Source: the human T2T-CHM13v2.0 reference genome, Homo sapiens
DNA length: 64,000 nt
NCBI RefSeq assembly: GCF_009914755.1
Contig: NC_060947.1
Reading direction: 5' to 3' (one strand)
Part shown: piece after piece, positions 33,615 to 44,185 of the stretch
Position numbering within the stretch: the first letter of the stretch is position 1
Layout of the letters: each line of letters begins with the position of its first letter
Notes under the pieces: model-generated
What the model was told of the DNA's origin: nothing
Database searches by the model: none
The model's input: the letters and a program-made list of their open reading frames with translations, nothing else
Position numbers and translations under genes: made by a program

Positions 33615-35711
33615 TCATCTTATTTTCCTTTTCTCCATCTAGCTGTTTAAAGCATGGATGTGATGGTAAGCTTTAGCCACCATTTTAGACAATGAGGATG
33701 AGGGCCACACCACAGGGTTGTAAAGAGCTTGGGTTCTTGAGGAATTGTGAAGCAGGGTTGCTATACTGGGTCCGAATTGAGTACTTTTCAATTTCTATGT
33801 GTGAGAGGAATAAATCTTTATCTCGTTTAAACCACAGTTATTTTAGGTCTTTGTTATTTGCTACCAAATCTAATCCTACTGATAGAAATAAGATTTTAGG
33901 GTGTTACAGCTGGAAGATCGCTCAATCAGAGCTTATGTAGTTCACTGCTCTCATTTGACTGCTGATGACCAGGGACATTAAATCATATACCAAGATCACA
34001 AAAGCAGAATGGGAATAAATCCAGGTCTAAAATCCAGTTCACTTCAGATCTTTCTTTCTTATTCCACGTTGCCTATTTAATGATATACATCTATCAAAGC
34101 AGTTTGTAACCTGATTCCTATTTTTTCCGTCGACTTAAGTTACATTACAGGTATCACCAGTCACAAGTAAATAACCTTTTAGTGAGTTGACTTGAGTATT
34201 TGATGGAAAAAGAGGTGCTCCTGCCATATCTGTTAATCCCTTAGCTGCGTGCTTGAAAATACCATAATTTTGTCTCTGTTTATGAGGGCATCAAATTGGG
34301 CTAATACAGCTGGATTATAAAATAATGCTTAACTAATTGGTATAGCCATATACAATATAATCTACTCTAACTTGAATGTTCTTTAGGCATAAGTTTAGGT
34401 TGATGCAAAAAATAGCTCCTTATTTTATTAAGTCTGTATGCCAAACTTATTAATAACTCATACTATTTTGTGGCTTACATAATAAAGGCTGAATAAAGAG
34501 GTCATGAGAGTTGATGCAGTTTCCAGAAGTTATTACCTTACAAAGAAGCTCAGGAGAAGGTATTGAGAGAAATCCTTAACTATCAAATACATTAATAGCA
34601 TTCAAGGACAGAGGCAGGGACTTCTCTAGTGAGTTCTGGTTCTCATTCTGAAATTGCTTATGCTCCATTTCTTACTAGTATAAATCTTGGAACTATGATT
34701 GCTAGACATTAACCAAAGATCACACACATAATGATGATCCTTTTCCAATCGTAGACATGATTGGTGCCTGCCATCACAGAAACTGAATAGTAATGTATAG
34801 CAAGAAAAAAACAATTAAACACTGTCAAGAGGTTGACTATGGAATCTGTATGTCTGGGATGATAAAGTTGTTAGTTTGGATTCTAATAAGTTGGAATTTG
34901 TGGCAATTTTATTTGTATTAACCTTGTGCAAACCTTAAGAAAATTTAAGCAATAATTTAGTATAGAAATATTGAGGAGAATATATATTTATCTGATCTGG
35001 GGTGGCAGAATGTTTAAGAACATAAGCTGCACTCAGACAGCAGTTCATAAACATTTTGAGGTCAGGACCCTATGAGAATTTGATGGAATTTATGGGTTTA
35101 TCTCTCCACAAACCCTACATACAATGGCAGACACATATTGGGATTATCTGCTTAGTACCTCTCTTCTGGGAACTGCTTTTCCATCTGCTTGATTGTCTAT
35201 GAGCCCCAATCCTGGTACAACATGAACCCATCCATGTCTGCATTTGATTGGTTAGCAGATGACTACCTGACCCAAGGCAAGCCAATCAGAGTCTGAACCT
35301 AAGACTTTAGAACTGGAAAGGAGAAAGACAGCCAGTCTCTCTTCAAGATGCTTGAAAAAGTAAGACATAATGCTCAGAAGCACTTGTTAGTGTAGGGGAT
35401 GAAAAATATCTTTTCCTCACACATCGCCAGGTTCATGGCTGAGGCCTCTGTAACAAAAGACAGATAAACAAGAAAAAAAGCATATAAATTTGTAAAATAT
35501 AAGCTTTATGTGACATAGGAGCCTTCATAAGGAAATTAAAACACAAAGAAACAGGTAAAATTGTACACGTTTTCTGTTAGGTTTGATGGTGAAGTGGATA
35601 GTCTTAGAGAAGTATGATTGGATTAAAAAGTATGATCTAATGGTAATAAACTGGAGGGGAATTTAGCAATACCTGTTTGTTCAGATTCTTTATCTTCAGA
35701 AATAATGATTT

Positions 35712-36106
35712 TGGCTATGGTTTGAATGTGTCCCCCAAAGTTCCTGTGTTGGAAACTTAATCCCCAATGCAATCGTGTTGAGAGGTGGGGTCTTTAAGAG
35801 GTGATTAGGTCTGAGGGCTCTGCCACTATGAATGGATTAATGTTGCTATCATGAGAGCGGGTTTGTTATTTTGAGAGTGAGTTTGTTATAAAAACAAGCT
35901 TGGCCCTTTTTTGCTTTCTTTCTCTTGTGCTCTCTTGCCCTTCCACCTTCTGCCATGGGATGACACAGTAAGAAGACCCTTGTCAGATGCTGGCACCATG
36001 CTCTTGGACGTCACAGCCACCAGAACTGTGAGAAATAAATTTATTTTCTTTATACATTACCCAGTATGTGGCATTCTGTTATAGCAACACAAAACAGACT
36101 AAGACA
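35712..36106 (+). mobile_element. MST (MSTB-like) MaLR LTR
   Basis: gctatggtttgaatgtgtcccccaaag...cagaactgtgagaaataaa...acagactaagaca. Confidence 0.85.
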
Positions 36107-36115
36107 ACGTTCCTT

Positions 36116-36418
36116 TTTTTTTTTATGTTTTTGAGATGGAGTTTCACTCTGTCACCCAGGCTGGAGTGCAGTGGCCCAATCTTGGCTCACTGCAACCTCT
36201 GCCCCCCCGGGCTCAAGCGACTCTCCTGCCTCAGCCTCCCGGAGTAGCTGGGATTACAGGCACCCGCCACCATGCCTGGCTAATTTTTGTGTTTTTAGTG
36301 GAGACGGGGTTTCACCATGTTGGCCTGGCTGGTCTCAAACTCCTGACCTCAAGTGGCCCATCCCCACCTTGGCCTCTCAAAGTGCTGGGATTACAGGCAT
36401 GAGCCACCGCACCCAGCC
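36116..36418 (-). mobile_element. AluS
   Basis: Reverse Alu; TSD gacaa(c/t)gttcctt at 36103-36115 and 36420-36432. Confidence 0.93.
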
Positions 36419-38454
36419 CGACAATGTTCCTTATAGATACAAGGAGGGCACCTCTTGAATGAGGATCTTATGACTTGCTTCAGGGGAAGGTTAGAGGATC
36501 CTTCCTAGGTTTTATGACCTGATTTAGGGGATAGGGGTGAGGGGAAGGTCAGAGAGTAAACTTCCTGCTTCTGTGGTTTTCTCAAATGCTAAGGCCCCAT
36601 GTTTTGGGATAGTGTGTCCTGAACCCCATCATTAGCCATGTTTCCCATCACATGGAGGAAGTCAGTTTGCAAGGAAGAAGAATAAAGCCAAGGAGTATAA
36701 AGAAGTACGAGAGAATCCACTTCATAAGAGAATCTCGATGTATCTCTTATTCTAGTAGTTTCTAAGGCTCAGCAAATCACATATCTGATTTTAGATTTTA
36801 TGAGAAATCTTTATCCTAACTTTCCTTTTTCTGCTCTAACAAGTTTGAGTATTTCTCACTTGCAACAGAAAGAGTACTCCTAATACACACAAGTGTACAT
36901 GAAACTGTCCTTGCAATATCAGGGGATTCACTAGGAGCTAAGAAGTCCTCTGTGCATTAGTGTAATTACTCATGATCAAATGGATTTTGCTAATTAGACA
37001 TGAATCTCCTATTAAATGAAGTAAGTTCTACATGTCTCCCATTTACAAAAAGTCTGTTAGCAGGTTAGATTATTGTATACGTGCATGTAACAAACTCTGT
37101 TTCATTAGCAGGGTCCTACAATTCAGACTTTCCCCTATTTCAGACTTCTCCATCTGTATTTACTAAGATTGTTTGAAAAAGTTTTAAGTGCTTTTAACAT
37201 TAGTGTATTGATTTTCCTTTTGAATATAAAATGAGAAAGAAAAGAAACAATAGCACACCACTTTATTTCCTCCTGCTCTGGAAAGCAATCAGGTCCCAGC
37301 AAACCATAAAATAAAATTTATAGGTGTTCAGTTTGTGAACCAGAATGAAACTTTTATTAATTTACAGAAGGGTGTAGACTTTTCTAGTGACTTGAACCAC
37401 AGAGTCTTTCCTCCAAGGTACTACCTTGCTGGTATACCTAGAAGCCATCTTATTTATCAGAAGGTCATGCTGCTGAGGATGGAATTACAGAGAGAGGAAA
37501 TCAGATGATGATAAGCAATATAGTATCCAGGTTTTGCTAGATGCTAATGAACTACTCTTCTCAAAAACAAAATTGTAGTCGGTGGGAAAGTTATAAATAT
37601 CCCTTTCATCACACTGACAATTTTTTCTTGGCAGCTGTTCTGCTGGATGGGTCCTGTATATCTTCTTGAATTTTATTAGTTTCCATCAGAGACATTGCCT
37701 TCTTTCTGACTTTTGCCTGATTGACCCAGTTCTTGGCTTCTGCCTTTACCTCCTGGGCCTGTAGTTCTTTATTACTTCTCAGGTTCAGCAAGTTTGATCA
37801 GGAGAAGGTCCACAGAAAGCTGGCTACTGAGAGCAACTCCACTTCCCATAATAAGAATAAATTTAATAAAATAACCAAAAAGATGGAACAATAACTTATG
37901 CAAAGTGTAGGGTCACAGCCTGAGAATAAGCTTGTAACCTAACTCTGAAAGAAGACACTTGGCTACTGGCGGATGGAGTAATTTTCTCCCGCCCAGTCTG
38001 CTCCCATTTCATTTATATGGGTCCTCCCCTTTTATAAATAGGTGGCTGTAATAGAGCCTCTGTGCTGAGAGATACTATGTTTGCAATAGAATAGGAGCTA
38101 CATACAGTATGTTGTCAAATAAATTATCTTACAATGTGTAGGCTCCCCATACTTCCTGCTTTAAAATATTCATGCTTCCTTTCTTACTGTCCTCTTGATC
38201 TCATAAATTCTATTATGTTTCCAAAAGAGATTACTTATAGGCTTTAGAAATATACATGGGTCATGACATTTGTAGCCAGGATTTGACATTTAGATTAATT
38301 CTTATTCAAAACATGTCTTTCAAAATTAGCATAGAAGCCAAGGAAATATAGTCAAAGAAATGTGGTTATGCACACATTTCAGGGTTTTACTTCAGGCATT
38401 AAGTAGGAATTGGCTTTGGATGTGTAAAATCACAAATAACCACAGCAGAGTTCT

Positions 38455-38688
38455 TACAAGTAAGCCATCTTAGAATTGGATCCTCCAGCCCCGGTCAAAC
38501 CTTCAGATGACGGCAGCTGTGGCTGACATTTTGACGTTAACCTTAAGAGAGACCAAGGGCCAGAAACTCCTAACTAAACTACTAAAAAGTTTCTGATCTG
38601 CAGCTACTGTGAGCTAGTAAATGTTTATTGTTGCTTTAAGTTGCTAAATGTGAGGTAGTTTGTTATGCAGTAATAGATAACTGATGAA
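38455..38688 (+). mobile_element. MLT1 (E/F-like) LTR 3' part
   Basis: gatcctccagccccggtcaaaccttcagatgac...ttgttatgcagtaatagataactgat. Confidence 0.7.
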
Positions 38689-38960
38689 GCCTGTAAGGTA
38701 CTATGTAATCTTGTTCAAGGATATTTCTCTGATTCCACCTTCTACTACTGTTCCCACTGCCCCCTAACACCAGCCATGGTGATAGCTTTAATATTTAAAA
38801 AAAAATCCCATGAGATACATAACAGAAGGATATCAAGAAAGATTCAGAACTGCCATGAAAGGACTATAAATTTGAATTGAAGGTCATAAAACAAGACCTG
38901 ACCAAATGGAAAGACACTTCAAATATTAGAGAAAGAGACAACATAAAAAACTTGATTCTC

Positions 38961-39252
38961 AGCTGGGCACAGTGGCTCATGCCTGTAATCTCAGCACTTT
39001 GGGAGGCCAAGGTAGGAGGATGGCTTGAGGCCAGGAGTTTAAGATCAGCTTGGGCAACATAGTGAGACCCTATCAGTAGAAAACTAAAAAAGTTAGCTAG
39101 GTGTGGTGGTGCACACCTGTAGTCTCAGGTACTCAGGAGGCTGAAGCAGGAGGATCGCTTGAGTCCAGGAGGTTGAGGCTGCAGTGAGCTATGATCACAC
39201 CTTTGCACTCCAGCCTGGGTGACAGAGTTGAGACTCTGTCTCTAAAAAAACC
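38961..39252 (+). mobile_element. AluJ
   Basis: ggatggcttgaggccaggagtt, gaggctgcagtgagctatgatc; TSD aaaaa(a/c)cttgattctc. Confidence 0.92.
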
Positions 39253-39570
39253 AAAAACCTTGATTCTCTTCAAATTCTTATACAAATTCAATTAATTCAA
39301 GCTAGAACCCTAATAGGTGATTTTTTTTGTATGTCTTTTAAAAAACTGAATAAAATATTCTTTTTTCTTGAGTAGAAGAATGTCTGAGAAAAGTCAACGT
39401 TTTAGAAAATATCAGAATATAAAGGGCAATACGTTTTGCCAAATAAGTGAACATATTATAAGACCCAGTCAATATGGTAATTAAATAAGAATAGACAAAT
39501 AGTTCAATGGAACAATATAGAGAGTCCAGAAAAAGATTTCAATACATACAAGAATTTAATACATGACAAG

Positions 39571-40443
39571 TAATCGTGGGAAGGACAGGGCATTGTGGGA
39601 AAGAATGGAGAATTGTTGGAGAGAGCAGAGAATTGGAGGAGCAACAAGGAATTATGTGAAAGACAGGGAATTTTAAGAAAGCAGAAGAGGGAGGGAATTC
39701 TGGGGGAAATAGGGAATTGAGGGAGATAACACAGAAATGTGGGAGAGACAAGAAATTGTAGGAGAAAACAAAAAATTGTGGAAGAGCATAGAGAATTGTG
39801 TGAGATAATGAGAACTGGGTGAAAGATATGGAATTGTGTAAGACTGGGAATTGTATGAGACACAGTTAATGAGAGAGAGAGAGAGAATTGTGTGAGACAC
39901 AGGAAATTGTGATAGAAACAGAATTGTAATAGAGACCGTGAATTGTAGGAGGGAATGGAGAATTTGGCCACAACAGGAAATTGTGAGAGAGACAGAATTG
40001 TGTGAGACAAGGAGTCAAGAAAGAAATCAGAGAATAGTAGGAGAGACAAGGAACTGTGGGAGAAAACAGAATCGTGGCAGAGGATGGACAATTGTGGGGG
40101 AAATTGGATGATTGTGGGAGAGATAGTGAATTGTGGGAGAACTGTGGGAGAGACAAGGAATTGCATGAGTGACAAGAATTTGCGTGAATGACTGGGAATT
40201 GAACGAGAGTGGAGAATTGTGGGAGACAAATAATTGTGGGACAAAATGGAGAATTATAGAAGAAATAGGGAATTGTGGGAGAGAATGGAGAATTGTGGCA
40301 GAGAATAGGGAATTGTGAGAAAGATGGAATTGTGGGAGAAACAGGAATGAGGAAGAAAATGGAGAATTGTGGGAGAGATGGGGAACTGTGGGAGAGAATG
40401 GAAGAATTATAAAACAGAAGGGAGAAATGTGGGCGAAAGATGG
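39571..40443 (+). repeat. Degenerate purine-rich minisatellite, ~20-bp unit (AATTGTGGGAGAGAATGGAG-like), roughly 40 units
   Basis: Recurrent GAATTGTG(G/A)GAGA core about every 17-23 bp; exact 20-bp spacing at 40271/40291/40311. Confidence 0.9.
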
Positions 40444-41377
40444 ACTTAATATTAAATACCTAGGGCATGCACAAGTGTCCTGTGCATCTGGAAGAAAATA
40501 AAATTGGACCTTATACATTGTAGTCAAAAATAAATAAATTTAAGCTGGATTAAATAAATAAAAAACAGAACATCCCATCAAAAAGTCTAGGAAACTACAT
40601 GTAGAAGCTGGAGTGAGTTGGACCTTCTTAATCAGAACTGGGCTGCGGTATATTTGACTTTATAGAAATGTAAAAATGCCCACAAAGTTAATGGACAAAC
40701 AATATATTTGGAAAAACATTGGCAATAGCAGACAAACACAATAATATCTTTAATAAAAGGAACTTTTTAACTCAATATAAAAATGGGCAAAGGATTTAAA
40801 GAGGCAGTTATTTCAAAAATCACTTTTGAAAGTAATTTATTAACTTAATTTTTTGAAGGGACACATGTTTTACTAAACAATTGAAAAACATTAAAAATCT
40901 AGATCAGCTTACTCTTTATAGGTTTCAACAATATCCTTTGTAGAATAGGCAATTTGAAGATAAATATAAAAATCATTGCTGTTACATGTCCTAAGCTTTC
41001 AACATTTCTATTTTATACATATAATTTCTCTGCAAATAGAAAAATGGGACAAAGAGCAAATCCAGATGGTCAACAACACAAAAAAAGATACTCTTAGCAA
41101 AGGGAAACACAAATTAAAGTAACAATACTATTTTGCCAATGAAACAGGTACAAAATTTGAAAGGATCTATAACAATTATTGTTGGTTGAATGCAGGGAAA
41201 AGGGCACTCTCATTTATTGCTAGAGGAAATTTGATCTGCTACAGTAAATTTGATCTGCTACAGCTTTTTGCAAGACAATCTGGCAACATCTATTAAAACT
41301 AAAAATACACATACCAGTGGACAGAGTCATCCCTTTTCAGGGTATCTAACTCTTAGAAATTAAAAACAACAATTGTG

Positions 41378-41378
<1 letters not shown>

Positions 41379-41412
<34 letters not shown>
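41379..41412. repeat. (AC)17 microsatellite
   Basis: Direct read. Confidence 0.95.
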
Positions 41413-41414
<2 letters not shown>

Positions 41415-42289
41415 CTTATAGTGGTAGAAGATGGTTACCAAAGTCAATGCCCATCAATAGGAAATGGTTGAATAAATTATTGTATATCCATCCAATGCAG
41501 TATTGTTCAGTCAGCTAAAAAATGAATGAGGGGTATACTAGTGTACTTGAAAACTTCCAAATGGTATTTTTGAGTGAGAAAAGCAAGATGCAGAAAACAC
41601 GTATAATATAATCTTATCTTTCTAATGCAATGACCAAAATAACCCCTTATTTGTGTATGAGCATACAAGCATATGTGTGTGTTATGAATAAAATTATATG
41701 AGCTTCGAGAATATATGTATGGATAGACTAAATTGCTATCATGGATTATTTGGAAGGGAGATATGTGCAGGAGGTGGGGCAAGCTTCAGAAGGGGAGAGG
41801 GAAGCCAAGCTGAACAGGAAAAAGAAGGAAAAAAGACTGCACCGAAAATCCAAATGTGTATAATATGATCACATTTATGCATTTTTGTAAAATCATATTT
41901 GTGGGTAGAAATGTAAAAAGAAAAAAGTTTTAAATGTAAAGATTCACTTTTTAAAAATAGGAAATTAAGTGTTCTGATCTCAAGGCATAATTTGAAAACA
42001 TTTTTATATGGTGAATTCCTGCCATGAAATTCTTTTCATTTTTTCTTCTTTCCTTTTTCTTCTTTTACTAAAAGCCAAAGAACCAGAAAAAGTGGTAATG
42101 CAGAAGTTCTGATTGAGCTCTGTTTACCATACATTTTCCCTAAGGAAAGAGAATGACATTTGCCAATGCACCCTGAAATTTTCCACGGAGATGCCCTTTA
42201 TCAGAGAACAATAAATTCATATTTTGCATTCTACTCTTTTATATATCCATGTTTGTGTTTTAAATAATATAAAAATATTATATGTTTGT

Positions 42290-43660
42290 GATATCATAAA
42301 ATATAACATATTTTATATTTTTATATTGAAATATAAATATATTTTTATATTGAAATATAAATATATTTTTATAGTAATATATATTTATATTAATATATAT
42401 TTTTATAGTAATATATATTTATATTAATATATATTTATATTAAAATATAAATATATTTTTATATGAATATATATTTACATTAAAATATAAATATATTTTT
42501 ATATGAATATATATTTACATTAAAATATAAATATATTTTTATATGAATATATATTTACATTAAAATATAAATATATTTTTATATGAATATATATTTACAT
42601 TAAAATATAAATATATTTTTATATGAATATATATTTACATTAAAATATAAATATATTTTTATATGAATATATATTTACATTAAAATATAAATATATTTTT
42701 ATATGAATATATATTTACATTAAAATATAAATATATTTTTATATGAATATATATTTACATTAAAATATAAATATATTTTTATATGAATATATATTTACAT
42801 TAAAATATAAATATATTTTTATATGAATATATATTTACATTAAAATATAAATATATTTACATTAAAATATAAATATATTATATTAAAATATAAATATATA
42901 TTATATTAAAATAGAAATATATATTATATTAAAATAGAAATATATTTTATATTAAAATAGAAATATATTTTATATTAAAATATAAATACATTTTATATTT
43001 ATATATAGTTTATATTAATACATAGTTTATATTAATATATATATTTTATATTAAAATAGAAATATATTTTATATTAAAATAGAAATATATTTTTATATAA
43101 AATAGAAATATATTTTATATTAAAATAGAAATATATTTTTATATAAAATAGAAATATATTTTATATTAAAATAGAAATATATTTTATATTAAAATAGAAA
43201 TATATTTTATATTAAAATAGAAATATATTTTATATTAAAATAGAAATATTTTTTATATTAAAATAGAAATATATTTTTATAATAAAATAGAAATATATTT
43301 TTATAATAAAATAGAAATATATTTTTATAATAAAATAGAAATATATTTTTATAATAAAATAGAAATATATTTTTATAATAAAATAGAAATATATTTTTAT
43401 AATAAAATAGAAATATATTTTTATAATAAAATAGAAATATATTTTTATAATAAAATAGAAATATATTGTTAAAATAAAATAAAAATATATTGTTATAATA
43501 AAATAGAAATATATTGTTATAATAAAATAGAAATATATTGTTACAATAAAATAGAAATATATTGTTATAATAAAATAGAAATATATTTTTATAATAAAAT
43601 AGAAATATGTTGTTATAATAAAATATAAATATATTTTTATAATAAAATATAAAAATATTT
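42290..43660. repeat. Compound AT-rich VNTR: 10 perfect 40-bp units (42441-42840), 22-24-bp variants, 8 perfect 24-bp units (43259-43450)
   Basis: 40-mer TAAAATATAAATATATTTTTATATGAATATATATTTACAT; 24-mer TAAAATAGAAATATATTTTTATAA. Confidence 0.97.
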
Positions 43661-43699
43661 AAATTACTTAGTCAAATTATTTAATGTCCTATTTGACTC

Positions 43700-44185
43700 T
43701 ATATTGGTTAGGGTCTTGCCTGGAAACAGATGGCCCATTCAAACTGGGTAACCGAGGAGGGTTTAATAGAGGGACTATTTACAAAAGTATCCTCAGGGAT
43801 TAGGGAAACCAGGAAGGGCTAGTGCAGTACCCTGGGATAAGTAATGTTGAGGAGCTATTACCACCTCTAGGCCTGGAGGAGCAAAAGGAGAGATTGGCTA
43901 TTGTGACTCAGCTATCTGTAGAGGGCTGTCTGACAGTAGCTGTGGCCTTCCACGGTGGGAGATGCAGCCAACCTGTAGAGATCCTGTGGAGACAGAACTG
44001 GAAGAATCAATACTTCTTGCGCCCTCTGATCTCCCATTGGTGCCCCTCGTTCTTCAAACCCAACTGGGAGCCAGAAGACGAGGGAGCCCATTGATGCATT
44101 GCATACAGGTCAGCCTCCAGGAGCACAGAATCACGTAGAGAGGGGTAGAGAGTGGATCTGGAGTGGGGCAAAGATATTCATCACT
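43700..44185 (-). mobile_element. Old ERVL-class LTR (LTR41/LTR33-like)
   Basis: ggaaacagatggcccattcaaactgggtaa...gggactatttacaaa...tagtgcagtaccctggg. Confidence 0.6.

Larger units (their letters stand above)
35391..36631 (-). mobile_element. ERV1 MER4-group solo LTR (MER31-like), interrupted
   Basis: TG...CA termini with 4-bp TSD TTAG (35387-35390, 36632-36635); reverse 5' end TGATGGGGTTCAGGACAC. Confidence 0.7.
38790..41930 (+). mobile_element. Ancient L1M (L1ME-like) ORF2 3' half and 3' end, fragmented
   Basis: Residual peptides NRQIVQWNNIESPE...YKNLIHDK, WAKDGL and IWKKIKLD align with ORF2 of the L1PA in this window. Confidence 0.75.

Noticed and set aside
37609-37791. 60-aa charged minus-strand ORF resembling a processed pseudogene fragment
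   Set aside because: No recognisable parent protein, polyA or TSD; may be ancient repeat sequence. A BLASTX hit would reopen it
39571-40443. CRISPR-like repeat-spacer appearance and resemblance of GGAATTGTGAG to the lac operator
   Set aside because: The core is only about 8-12 nt, the intervening parts are related to each other rather than unique spacers, there are no cas genes or full lacO, and the array sits in mammalian L1 sequence
39504-40527. 246-aa and 166-aa minus-strand ORFs (Ser/Leu/Phe/His-rich)
   Set aside because: Translations of the pyrimidine strand of the minisatellite
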